A stretch of DNA of 63,785 bases, counting the filler, from Octopus bimaculoides (Eukaryota): NCBI RefSeq assembly GCF_001194135.2. It is 8 parts of 8 records of this genome, joined end to end, with 100 filler letters (N's around TTAATTAATTAA, not from the genome) between each part and the next. Parts side by side here need not be neighbours in the genome. Positions count along the whole stretch, not along the records: positions 43,319 to 52,120 come from NC_069008.1; positions 52,221 to 54,223 come from NW_026317382.1; positions 54,324 to 56,728 come from NC_068981.1; positions 56,829 to 59,491 come from NC_068986.1; positions 59,592 to 62,137 come from NC_068993.1; positions 62,238 to 63,785 come from NC_069007.1; 2 more parts are not named here. One strand, 5' to 3'. Positions 51,272 to 63,785 of the stretch are shown in pieces (position 1 is the first letter of the stretch; each line of letters begins with the position of its first letter). The notes below the pieces were generated by a model. That model saw only the letters and a list, made by a program, of their open reading frames with translations. It was not told where the DNA came from and did not search any database. A program made the translations under genes and the position numbers.

Positions 51272-51798
51272 CTAACCCTTCCACATTCAAACTGTCCAGA
51301 TCAGGCCCCTCACACTTACCCTGCAATGTCATTTCTAAGAACAAACAGTTGCATCATCAAAACTCTGATTAATTCAAAACGATTTCAATAAATAAGGAAT
51401 ACATTTGGCAAAGGAATTTGAATGCTAGAGGATTAAGCCAGCCATTTCCAGCCTAAATATTCTACCAATTTCATGTTCAAATTTGGCCAGATCCGTCCTC
51501 TCACACCTACCCTACAATGTCATTCTATAAATAAACAATCACATCATTGAAATCTGAAAGCCACCAGTCACAGTTTTAACTCTCTCAGCATCTAAACAAG
51601 CCTTATGGACATTCTATCTGTTTTTATATTCAAACTGACCAGATCCGTCATCTCACACCTACCCTACAATGTCATTCTAAAAATAAACAATCACGTCAAT
51701 GAAATCTCTAAGCTTTGAGATAACACAGGATTAACTCAAAGCGATTTCAGTAAATAAGGATTACATTTGGCAGAGGGATCTGAATGCTAGAGGATTAA
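51272..51798. mobile_element. Tandem cluster of ~3 piggyBac-like MITE units joined at TTAA
   Basis: CTAA|CCCTTCCACATTCAA...TTTGAATGCTAGAGGA|TTAA repeated; shared core CCAGATC...CACCTACCCTACAATGTCATTCTA. Confidence 0.65.
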
Positions 51799-51813
51799 AG
51801 TAGCTTTTTAGTT

Positions 51814-52040
51814 ATACTCTTTTACTCTTTTACTTGTTTCAGTCATTTGACTGCAGCCATGCTGGAGCACCGCTTTTTAGTTGAGCAAATCGACCCCAGG
51901 ACTTATTCTTTGTAAGCCTAGTACTTATTCTATCGGTCTCCTTTTGCCGAACCGCTAAGTTACGGGGACCTAAACACACCAGCATCGGTTGTCAAGTGAT
52001 GTTAGGGGGACAAACACAGACACAAACATACACACACACA
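51814..52040 (-). mobile_element. SINE family A, 3' half
   Basis: TACTTGTTTCAGTCATTTGACTGCAGCCATGCTGGAGCACCGC...GGTTGTCAAG. Confidence 0.9.
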
Positions 52041-53379
52041 TACATCATCATCATCATCGTTTAACGTCCGCTTTCCATGCTAGCATGGGTTGGACGATTT
52101 GACTGAGAACTGGTGAAACCNNNNNNNNNNNNNNNNNNNNNNNNNNNNNNNNNNNNNNNNNNNNTTAATTAATTAANNNNNNNNNNNNNNNNNNNNNNNN
52201 NNNNNNNNNNNNNNNNNNNNTATGATTTGAGGGAATATTGTGCGTTACCTCTTACAAGCCAAGTGAGTTAATTATTCTGGTCGGTGTTAACTTGTTGATT
52301 ACCATGATAGAAACAGAAAAAAGTGGAAAGAAACCGCAACAAAATGAAAGAAAGCAGCCATTTTGAAATTCGTTTCCTCATTATCTCATTAGTGCACTAT
52401 AAAATACGTCATTTATATACTCTATTGTATCTATTAGAAGCGAAAAATTAGATCACAATTCCGACATTAATTTACTACAACTGTCAATGAATTAGTAGCA
52501 TTAAAAGTTAATCCATTAATTCTATATCGTTTTTACAGTTATATCTATTTGTTATGCTGCATCAATGCCTTTTAGGTCGAACGTCCTTTACAAATTATCA
52601 GTTAACAATAAAAACCTTTTGTCTTCTGATTTTCACAGTAACGAGTCTCTTAAGCAACGAAGGTTTTTAAGCTAAATGGTTTCTACTGTATCATATCGTA
52701 TCGTAATGCAAGCGTAGTAACTTTCTGTTGTTATATCTGAATTGGTGTCCATTCTCTTCTTTTAAATTTGATTGAGGTGTCTATATTTTACTCTGTTGTT
52801 TGTCGACAGACAATGACTTTTGTTATTATTTATTTGTTTTTGCTTTTCCTTTATGTTTCTTCTATCGTACCACATCTTTTGTTAACGCTTCAAAACGAAT
52901 GTGCTGACTCGTTTAAGACCGTTGACGCCTCTAACGGGGTAACAATTTGTTCATATTTCGTAGGGGGGAAATAAAAACGAACAACGATGGAAAAAAAACT
53001 ATAACAATAAAGCTCGGAATTATTTCTCCTTTGGGTATGAGACGTCCTGGCACAGCCTTTTTGGCGCCTCTTATTTGGCATCGTTGAATCGACGTTGACC
53101 TATTTGACATTGACGTTTTAATACTTCTTTCGCTCTCTTTTCTTTCTATCTCTCCCTCTTCCTCCTCTCCCTCTTCCTCCTCTCCCTCACGTACATATAT
53201 TGTTTGCTGTTAAAAATGTTTAAATTTAATAGTAATTATTTTCAGATTTCGAAAATTTAAAGATGTAGGTTCTTTAGCTTTAATTTATTAAGGATTCAAG
53301 TAAAGGAAATCTTACGAATGTGGAGGAGAAAATTCTCAGGTAACACACGTAGTGATATTGCGATCTGATAGGAATTTAC

Positions 53380-54125
53380 CGATCCAAGAAAATGGCAAAG
53401 AGTACCATTATAGCTGATTCCATTAACANNNNNNNNNNNNNNNNNNNNNNNNNNNNNNNNNNNNNNNNNNNNNNNNNNNNNNNNNNNNNNNNNNNNNNNN
53501 NNNNNNNNNNNNNNNNNNNNNNNNNNNNNNNNNNNNNNNNNNNNNNNNNNNNNNNNNNNNNNNNNNNNNNNNNNNNNNNNNNNNNNNNNNNNNNNNNNNN
53601 NNNNNNNNNNNNNNNNNNNNNNNNNNNNNNNNNNNNNNNNNNNNNNCACCACTACCACTACCACCACCTCCACCTCCACCACCACCGCCACCTCCATCAC
53701 TACCAATCCCATTCCCTCCACCGCCATCACCACTACCACCATCACCACTACCAACACCACCACCACCACCACCACTACCATCATCAGCACCACCAGCATC
53801 TCCACCGACTCTTCCACCTCCACCTCTTTCTCCCTCCCTCTTACTAATTCCATGCGTCCTCCTCTCCTCCCGTTCCCGCCCGCCTACACCACCAGTAAAC
53901 GTAAGTAGCCACGTGTAATAAAAAAAACATTGTCCGATCCAAGAAATGGCAGAGAATACCATTACAGCTGGTTCCATTAACTAACACCATTTTCAACAAG
54001 ACCACCACCACCACCTCCACCGTCACTCTTTCATCACTACCACTTCCACCACCTCTCCACCAGTTCCCGCCTACGTCGCCAGTAAACGTAAGTAACCATG
54101 CGTAGTAAAACATTGACCGAATCAA
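53380..54125 (+). repeat. Tandem repeat whose unit contains (CAC)n tracts
   Basis: AAGAAA(A)TGGCA.AGA.TACCATTA.AGCTG.TTCCATTAAC at ~53387 and ~53941; CCCGCCTAC...CCAGTAAACGTAAGTA.CCA at ~53880 and ~54066. Confidence 0.75.
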
Positions 54126-54175
54126 TAGTTTCTCCAACTCAGCTACCAAACAGCGACATACACCCGTTATACGGC

Positions 54176-54223
<48 letters not shown>

Positions 54224-54323
54224 NNNNNNNNNNNNNNNNNNNNNNNNNNNNNNNNNNNNNNNNNNNNTTAATTAATTAANNNNNNNNNNNNNNNNNNNNN
54301 NNNNNNNNNNNNNNNNNNNNNNN

Positions 54324-54592
54324 TCCTTTGCCTGTTTTGTTACTGAGTAAGATGCTTTCTTGCTTTCATATTTTAAGACAAGTTTTAGCATCCAGTCCTC
54401 AGAGTTTTTCAGATAGGTGTCTAGGCCAATTGTGGCTACCTTCATTGATAATGCCAGCTGTAAAAGTCCTCGGCCTCCTTCTTTTCTTGGCAGATAAAGA
54501 CGTTCTATATCTGCCTTAGGGTGGTGTATTCTATGCATTGTCAACAGTTTTCGTATTTTTCTGTCAACATTACATATTTCAGTAATTGACCA

Positions 54593-54595
<3 letters not shown>
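54324..54595 (-). mobile_element. R4/Dong-clade non-LTR RT C-terminal fragment
   Basis: TMHRIHHPKADIERLYLPRKEGGRGLLQL. Confidence 0.85.
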
Positions 54596-54645
<50 letters not shown>

Positions 54646-56652
54646 GTTACAACAGTTTTATGCAATTTTACTGCCCCACCAGATGTACTTTGTATTCCTG
54701 AATTTGGGGAAGAATTGTATTTTGGGGAGGTACCTTTGTTTAATTGTAGAATTTGATTTGATTCTGACAATATTTGACTGATGTCTTGTACAGATTATGT
54801 GCATTGTGTGAATTGTTGGTGAAATGATGTCAAATATCAATTGTGCAAGACTGTGTTAAATTAGTTCTATGGGTATTGAACGGGTAAAGTATGTATTGTG
54901 TTATATCATTTATGGGTGATTCCATAGAGTGTATGTTGTGTGAGTTGTGTTATAGTTTTTGGGTGGGGGTTATGTTACTGTACAACAGTGTATTTTTATT
55001 TGCAGAACGTGTACTGTTTGATTTGTGCTAATGAACTGAAATCGACTTGTGTACAATGTGGTCCCTGTCTAGCAACACCACATTGTGAGCTCAAACTATT
55101 GTCTGTATGTTTTCGATAATATTTTTTATCATACCAAGTGCTTTTATTATTGTTCGTATAGTTTTCACTTTTATTCCTCACATTCTGCTTACTTCCAAGA
55201 TCTTTGCTACAAGATATGAGTAAAAAGAAAGGAGAGTCGCCGCCAGAAATATTGGTACTAACGTTGATTCTTGGATTGGCGTGAAATATGCGGGCTTATA
55301 GAAATTGCAAGACTATCACGGCGTTCTGGTGGTGTAAGGCAGAATATCTAGTTTACTATACATGCGAAAGTAAGTAGTATGTGAGAGCATTCTATTTAGG
55401 GGTGGAAAAGCAGAATATGAAGTGGGTGGTAACATACATTTACTTTTCCTGCTGTTTTCAGAGCATTCATGCTATACTTGGTGGCAGATTCGGGATTAGC
55501 CAGAGCGGAAACAAAGAAGATGGAATCATCTCGAACTCAAAATTACCATCACCAAGATCTGATGGAGTAGAGTTTCCCCAATAACCTATGTTTCTCTTCT
55601 TCCAGTACAGGGCTAACAAGAGGAGCCAAGCAAGAGTTCCACTCCATGGGGAAGAGATTTAGTGCAGAAGAGGGTAGGAAAACATCGGGATGACGGCAAA
55701 AATAGAAAAAGCAACACAACAAGATTAGACCCAGTCTGGAAACAAGTAGGCTATTGGAAATCCCCTACAGAAGGGTGAATATCCACATTCTGATCCTGGG
55801 TTTTTTGGTTCTTCACATAAGTAATGGGAACCTGATATAAACGCCACATTAACTGAAAACTACTTCTGCAACAAACACGCAAACCAATACCAGAACACTG
55901 AAAAGTAGTGTTGACGTGGTAGGACAACAAAGGATTGACCACCTTCAAAAGAAAAAGAAAAAAAAAGCAATATCAACAGTAGCACAAACGACATTCTCAC
56001 GCACAAATAGTACCCCAGGTTCTCCTCCAACTTTTTGAGAGTAAACAGGATCATAGGAAACATTAATCGCTTGAGGAAAAAGAAGAAAACGGCTGGTCTT
56101 GTTGTTCTACGTTCATCTTGGACTGATCAGACTGGCAGCACTTTTGTGCCAATAGTGTTTATCCCGAACTGCCAGTTCGGGACAAAGATCTGATGTATTA
56201 AAAAGAACATGGAGCTCTTCACAGAAACCAAAGTAATAGAGAAAATATACAAAGTTCAATTTTAAAGGAGGAGCCGGAATTGGGACCAGTGGCGAAATCA
56301 AAAGTGTGGAAATGGTGGAGATTTGGACTCGAAATGTGGCTTTTTGCCACATTCGAAGACATAGAAAGAATTCCCTACCAGATAGAAGTAGAGGACGAGA
56401 AAACGTTAAATGTCGTAACATTTTTATTATGATCACTATGGATCTAATTTACATAGATGATACAAAGACAATTACAAACAGATGTACAAAATGTATGAGT
56501 TCTTTTTAAAAAAATTTTACGATGTTTTTATAAAATTTAAAAAACGATGACTTTGAATATTCAGACATACATATGCATGCATACCCACACACATCTATAT
56601 AAATATATATATATATATACACATATATACATACATACATACATACATACAT

Positions 56653-56689
<37 letters not shown>

Positions 56690-56838
56690 TACCCATACAT
56701 ACACCTACACACATGTATGTCTATAAAANNNNNNNNNNNNNNNNNNNNNNNNNNNNNNNNNNNNNNNNNNNNTTAATTAATTAANNNNNNNNNNNNNNNN
56801 NNNNNNNNNNNNNNNNNNNNNNNNNNNNTATATATGTA

Positions 56839-56882
<44 letters not shown>

Positions 56883-56902
56883 CATACACACACACAAATA
56901 CT

Positions 56903-56933
<31 letters not shown>

Positions 56934-57085
56934 CTATATATGTATATATATATATATCCAGAGAAAGAAAGACCTGGTTAATTAGATATCTAGATAGTCA
57001 TACATGAATATATACATATATATAACATAATATATGTGTAATATATATAATACACACACACACTCACACACACACATACACACGC

Positions 57086-57121
<36 letters not shown>

Positions 57122-59457
57122 GTGCAGTTAACTGGAAATAGTAAAAGAATGAAACTTGTATATTGTGTTTTTCTCAAAACGACACTCCATCATTTCTAAA
57201 ACATTTATTTGTTGATCTTCCTATACTTGAACTCAGCACTTCCTGGCTCATCCATAATAAGCTCATCCTCAATTAATTTATTCTGCTTAATCTTCACTGG
57301 TGTTTTGCCAGGATCTTTTTAGCATGACAACTAAGATGTTAGGTGAGTTACCCCTCTGTAGACGCTATTGTCTCCTATTTTCTCCGTTCCCCGTGTCTCG
57401 CATCGATACCAATTAGTTCACAAGAGATTAACTAAATTGCTTCAACACTGTTTACTCACTATTGGAGTACAATTCGTTAAATGTCCGTCTCCATCAACAA
57501 CTTCCTGTCTCTAGATCTATAACTGCATAAATATAGCTCAGTCTCTTTTAAATTCGAGATAACTGAATGACTATTGATAAACAAGTTAGTTCTGAATATA
57601 GTGTGGAAGACATGAAGTCGTGTTCCAGACTTAAAATCCGATTGAACGATATAGGTTTGTCAAACAACTTATTTTCAACAGCACACATCATACGCCATGC
57701 GGAATTGGCCACTATACGAAACAAACCTAAAATTTCTAAAGTGGGAAGTGTCTTTCAAAATATTAGGACAAATACAGACAGTAAAACTGACAAAATGTTC
57801 TCATAAATAAAACAGGACGAAATCAATTGCAATATGAGTACCAATGACAAGAGCCACAACAAAATCTCAAGTCCCTGAAGTTGTTACCTCTCTTTAGAAT
57901 AGGACATCTCCACACAGAACACTTAGGAAAAACTTTCAAACAAAAATAAACGTAGTAAGCGTAACAGAGGCACTTTTAAGATGTTTCATTCGATCACTAT
58001 AGAACTAAAAAAAAAAAACCCTTATTGGACTAAAAATAGAGGGAAATATTGTTACAACAATAATATAGAAAACCTCATATCCTAATTACACTCCAAAAAA
58101 GCGGGGAAGACTTTGACTTCACAGACGCACTCGTAGCTTGCTATGCATTCAGTAATAACTACCACAAACAATGCTCGAATCTAATAGGAGAGGACACCAC
58201 ACTGGAGATGGAAGACTTCAAAATAAAAGCCAGCAAAATGAGGCACATTAATAGACAAATAGAATATCATATCCGACTTCCTTGATACAGATATTACATG
58301 TACCTTCTAAAATGGTAGTATTTTGATAGATACTGAATTTTCTAGAAAGATGCAAACATGTCACGTCTTTATACCAGTTCATAATAGTTGCTGTTTAATT
58401 TACCTTGCGTCGCGGATATCCACCGTAAATAAGACGGATATTGTTAAATCCTAATTCACACTTCCTGTAAATCTTAGATTTGCCAGTAAGCAACTAATCA
58501 ACAACCCTACTGTACCGTTTCAGAAGATCCATTTCATGACAAACAAATACATTTCGAAACGTTTAGGCCATTTTTATTCAGTTTCATTCTTTTTCATTTT
58601 GAGTATTATAAAAAGAACATTCCTGCAGAATTTGATTTCAAAACTGTGTTCTGTTTTCTCATTGCAGTCTTACTAATAGATTTATTTAATCTTTTTTCTG
58701 CATTTAGACTGATGTTACATTTGACATAAACTTCTATGTCAACTATAGATATTTACTTGACTGAATAGGAGTACTTAGTTGGATCTTAGGTACAAATATG
58801 TAATTATGAAACTAGCATTTACCACAAGCTATTATGAATGATAATCACAATTAAAGAAATCATGACTCAGCGTAAAAAAGCAGCCACTAAACATTTCTAG
58901 TTTAAACTTTAGTGATATATTTAGTTCATACGAGAAAGATATCACGGTATCTTAAAGTTAAATTATTAACAATCTATTGTACTTCTAGACTACAGAAACA
59001 AAGATTTGATGTACTTCAATAATGATTTCTGAATTTTATTTTAAAATTTAGTGTTCAAGAGAAAGTTTCTGTTTCCTTCTTCGGAATAGCTGAAATAAGT
59101 TTTTCAAGTGGCTATCTACGAGGTCTACAGTAATTTCAGGCGTCTATTTTAACAAAATTCCATTAGGTTATATTTTACTATTTTTAGCGAGGTTATTTTT
59201 CCATCACTTCCACAAACAACATTGTTTAATATTCTGATCACATCGGTATAAGAGAATTGAAAAGACAAATATACATAGATCAACGTTCTTTTACTTTTTC
59301 TACGTACAGTAAGGAAGAAGAAAAATCAAACTTTCAAATTACTTTCGCTTCTAAGCATAACAAAATATAATCTGAAAGAGCACCTTACATGCACACATAC
59401 GTACACACTTACGCACACACATATATATAGACATATGTATGCATAAATATATGTATG

Positions 59458-59491
<34 letters not shown>

Positions 59492-59591
59492 NNNNNNNNN
59501 NNNNNNNNNNNNNNNNNNNNNNNNNNNNNNNNNNNTTAATTAATTAANNNNNNNNNNNNNNNNNNNNNNNNNNNNNNNNNNNNNNNNNNNN

Positions 59592-59770
59592 ATTTTGTGG
59601 GAAGGAGGCTAGACGATTACATTGATCCCAGTGTGTAATTGGTACTTTTTTCATTGACCCTAAAAGGATAAAAGTCAACCTTGGCAGAATTTGAACTCAG
59701 AACATAGCGACAGGTAAAATACTGCTAAGCATTTCATCTAGTGTGCTAACAATTATGCCAGCTCACTGCC
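59592..59770 (-). mobile_element. SINE family B (further fragments at 60341-60517 and 60555-60640)
   Basis: CCCTAAAAGGATAAAAGTCAACCTTGGCAGAATTTGAACTCAGAAC...GCTAAC...TGCCAGCTCACTGCC. Confidence 0.75.
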
Positions 59771-59943
59771 TTAATGATAATAATAATAATAATTAATTCC
59801 GTTTTTTTTTTGGCCACAAGGACTAACATAAATCAAAAACATGTAAGGACAAACACAGGACGAATAATGATGATGATGATAATAATGATAATGATAATAA
59901 TAATAATAATGATAATAATAATAATAATAATAACAACAACAAC

Positions 59944-60290
59944 AACAGATGATAATGTTTCTCTAAAAGAAACAGAAACTTTCAAAATACAAAGACCTGG
60001 AAATTAAAGGTAACTCGAATGTGGAGTCTAAACACAGAAACAATTCCTGTCATAGTCGCATTATGTAAGATAAAAAAATATCCAGAGTATTATATATATA
60101 TAAAAAAAGAACAGGACTAACAAGTATATATAGCATACAGAAAATAGCACTACTAGGCACCACACACATCCTACGTAAAACACTTTCTATACAGTAAAAT
60201 TAAGAGCACCACAACAAACCACACCACATATCCAAGGCACGCAGAGCTGTGCTTGGTAGAGCATGTGATAAAAATAAGACTACTGAATAA
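59944..60290 (+). mobile_element. R4/Dong-clade 3' end (REL endonuclease tail and 3' UTR)
   Basis: Frameshifted VSLKETE-SKYKDLEI-VTRMWSLNTETIPVI...IQKIALLGTTHILRKTL. Confidence 0.8.
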
Positions 60291-60912
60291 TAATAACAAT
60301 AATAATAATAATAATGATAACAATAATAATAGCTGTTTATGATTCCAGCACAAGGTCAGTATTCTGTCTGTCCAGTTCTTGACTGCTACTTTATCTTATC
60401 AGCTCCAAAAGGATCAAAGGTAAAGTTGACCTTGAGGGATTTGAATCCAGAATGTAAAGCAAACAAAGACCATAAAGCAATTTTGCTGATGCTGCCACAA
60501 TTCTGCAAGCTCACCACTATAAGAGTGATAGTGATAATAATTGTTACATATTTTGGTACAAGAATAGCAGTTTTAAGGGGAGGGGGATAGTCAATACCAT
60601 CGACCCTTGTACTTGACTGGTACCTTATTTTATCAACCTTGAAGAGGTCTCCCTCTTCTCTCCCACTTTTGATTTAACAATGTGTATATGTATCTATGTA
60701 TCTACTTCTCTTGTGATGTGATAAACATTAAAAAGCACAAAACGAATGTTGTCACCACACACTGTCTCTTTCACTCTCTCTCTTTTTCTCTTATTTCCTC
60801 TCTATCCTCCTCTCTCTCACTTTGCCACTTAAAAGAAGTGTGATGCACACAACAGGTACGTACAAAAACAAAAAGTTAGCATTTTAATATTATTGATAAT
60901 AATAATAATAAT

Positions 60913-62137
60913 GTGACATTCCATCATCACAGTGTGCTTTATGAGTGTAATTCCAAATTAAAGATCATCACAAGTGTGTTCATGAGACCCAGTCCCTGAG
61001 TGATGGTCTCTTGCACAGCAAGTGTTTTCTGTGCAACAGAGTGGGCCTGATAATTATCCAAATGCTGCTACAAAGATTAAAAGATGGACTCAAAATTACA
61101 ATAGAATTGTAATGGAATGCTGTAACAGAAGTGAGTCTACCAAAATAGGATGCAGGAAAAGGATGTATAAAATATGACAGAGAAATACATGTTCCCTATC
61201 ATGGAACAAAGATTTCTAGATCAGAAAGATCTAATCTTGAAAAGACTGTGGTTATCCCAGTTGAAATTGGAGATCTCCACAATAGTGAGAGAGTGTGAAC
61301 ATGACTACATTAAACATGAAGAAGAGGAGTAGAACAAGAATGAGCAATAAATCCTCAGAAAAGAGACAACTGAATAAGTGAAGGCAAATTTCTTTCATGA
61401 AAGGAAAGATCATTATAGAGGAAGAAAGGAGCTTATTACAATGAGATGTGAGATGGTAAAAGACAGTAAGAGGGATTGAAAGAGAAAAACTAAAAAAGTA
61501 GTGAAGAAGGTAGATGATCTGTTTACAAAAATCTGTATTGAAAATATAACATATCTAAATGGCTTTATACAGAGCACAGCTTCTGTTGTTATGCAAATTC
61601 TTGGGGTTAAAAGCCAATGGAAAACAAAGGACAAAGTCCTCTGGTGGGAACAAAGACTTGAGAACCAAATTGAACAGCTCAAGAGAGATCTTGGACAAAT
61701 ACATGTAATCACAGAAAAGAAGAGGGTGAGGGAAAGACACAGGAACAAACTGCAATGAAAGCACAGCTTTAAACACAAAGGGTTGCAGAAAATTAAAGAA
61801 GAGATAAGGCAAAAAATCCGAGCAGAGTCAGGGGGAAAAAAAGTAGATATCAACAGAGAACAAATCAGTACGAGCAGAATAGGCTCTTCAGGAACAACTA
61901 AAGAGAATTCTATAAACAACTGAACAATGAAGAGGAGCATAAGAGGAATGATATGCCAGATGCTGAAGCAGCAAGAAAATTCCAGGCAGAAATCTGGAGC
62001 AAAGAAATCCAACATAACATAAAAAGCCAACTAGTAGTGAAAATTTAAAAGAGAAATGGAAAATGAAGTGAAACAAGAAAATATGACAATTATGGATAAA
62101 AAGTGAAATAGATGATTAAGAAAATATGAAACTGTAA
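60913..62137 (+). pseudogene. R4/Dong-clade ORF N-terminal region, heavily mutated
   Basis: WTQNYNRIVMEC...GCRKRM, LWWEQRLENQIEQLKRDLG, YEQNRLFRNN, MPDAEAARKF. Confidence 0.7.
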
Positions 62138-63489
62138 NNNNNNNNNNNNNNNNNNNNNNNNNNNNNNNNNNNNNNNNNNNNTTAATTAATTAANNNNNNN
62201 NNNNNNNNNNNNNNNNNNNNNNNNNNNNNNNNNNNNNAAAAAAAAAAAAACCAACTTACAAAACATAGATAACAAGCAAAGTTCTCTCTGAAGCAATCAT
62301 TCGGGCCCCAGAATTTCAGTTTCAAGATATTTTCCTCGCACCAGTTTTAGAAGTCTTAAAAAATATCATAAGTTCTACTCTTCTTCCTCTGACAAATCTA
62401 CTACAGTATATATGTAAGTATGTATATGTAAGTATGTATATGTATGTATGTATTATGTCTATGCATTTTTGTATACATGCATGAGCGTATGTACGCGTGT
62501 TTTCATATTTCTGCCGAAATACAACGCCTTTGTTTCAATTAATTTTGGAATTTAATGAAATAACTTTGTCATTAAGCCAGCGTGAAAGACATAAATAAAC
62601 ATTTATGACGTGTAGGGATACCGTATTTCGTTATGCAACCATAACATACAACAAAATATATTGAACGTTTTTTATAAGTCAATACGGTGTTCTACTGTGT
62701 TAGCAGTGCTACTACATCACTTGTTTAGGCTATGTCTGAAATTTTTACGGAAGGTTTAGCTTTCAATCATTTTAAAACAGAAAGTTTGTATCACAGAACG
62801 AGAGGCGACGTTGGGGAGCTTGGTGACAAAAAGTTAAAAGACGGTAAACCGCGCTGTAGTCTTACCTTCCATTTCCGCTTTGGCTGATTCTATTTTCTTT
62901 TTTAATTCATATTTAGTCCGTAGATGCACCGACTGTAATAGCTTGGCCCTCTCCAGCTCCGAGCTGTTTTCTCTTTCAAACAGTTTCTGACTGTAATACA
63001 AACACAAACGCTTGCTACCATAGCTTTATTCTCACACACTTCGAGGTTCTGACGAGGAACTGTTCAATGCATACATACATACATACATATATGTATGCGT
63101 ACATGCATACATACATAATACAGGCATACATGAATACATACATACATACATACATACATACATACTTACATGCATACATATATACATGCATGCATACATA
63201 CATACATACATACATTTTTACAAGCAAAATTGTGGAACCCCGAGTGGGTTGGCATTTTGGAAATGAAGGATTTTGAACGCAGGAGAATGGTTGTAAAAAC
63301 AGCTTAGAGTATTTGAAGAGATACACTGAAAGGTGGAAAAAGTGGGTAACTAATTCTCAAAGAAAGATTCAGCGGAGCAAAAACAGGCGGGCGAGACTAG
63401 TGAAAATCATAAATACCTCGGTTATCTGTAGACCATGGTTTCAAAGTCAACACTTTCTTAACGAAAGTATCTGTTTATCTTCAGTACAG

Positions 63490-63542
63490 ACCGCCAACAC
63501 GATTATAATCCAACAGAATCTCGTGCTAGCTGTCTCCAACAA
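63490..63542 (+). CDS. Candidate coding exon TANTIIIQQNLVLAVSN+AA, resembling exon 48105-48142
   Basis: Acceptor TTTATCTTCAGTACAG|ACC and donor AA|GTGAAA; same phase 0/2 and first codon ACC as exon 2, similar T..VVVQ/TIIIQQ composition. Confidence 0.4.
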
Positions 63543-63785
63543 GTGAAAACGTGCACGTGATTCTATCAATTATAAAGAGTAAAATTCAAAAGTCTTAGTT
63601 TTGGCGCGCTAAATCCGGAAATATCTCTGCAGGGGTTACATATATAAGTATATATTTACCTGTAGACTGCTTCCAGGTCTTTTAACTTTAGTTTTGTCTT
63701 CGCAACGCTTCTGTTAAGTTGCTGTACCAACAAACTCTTCTCTTTGAGTACTTTGGACAACTTGGACGGGTTTTCAATGCTCATC

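Noticed and set aside
52639-52675. Acceptor TTTTCACAG giving a short terminal exon (NNESLKQRRFLS*)
   Set aside because: Lies beyond an artificial linker and has no recognisable domain; cannot be supported without transcripts.
53296-53977. Gly-rich, His-rich and Val-rich ORFs
   Set aside because: All derive from (CAC)n-rich tandem repeat units and a gap; no splice or codon evidence.

Overview
AT-rich, microsatellite-saturated, heavily gapped eukaryotic (animal) genomic DNA. The repeat families look like those of an octopod cephalopod; this is an inference from recognition and was not searched. There is no prokaryotic content and no CRISPR array. Most of the window is transposon debris: at least three tRNA-derived SINE families, CR1/L2-group, RTE and R4/Dong LINE fragments, a Penelope-like RT fragment, Tc1/mariner fragments, piggyBac-like TTAA MITEs and a Helitron-like element. 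One host protein-coding gene is well supported on the + strand. Its coding exon 46444-46752 encodes a PPxY motif and 13 PPAGY-type pentapeptides, and exon 48105-48142 encodes TVVVQSGTTIVQ. The family-defining downstream exons were not found. A similar phase-0/phase-2 exon candidate lies at 63490-63542. The most striking unexplained structure is a set of six large inverted repeats, two of which contain hammerhead-ribozyme-like cores (796-843 and both arms of the 22954-23189 foldback). Seven N44-TTAATTAATTAA-N44 linkers are assembly artefacts, so order and orientation across them are uncertain.
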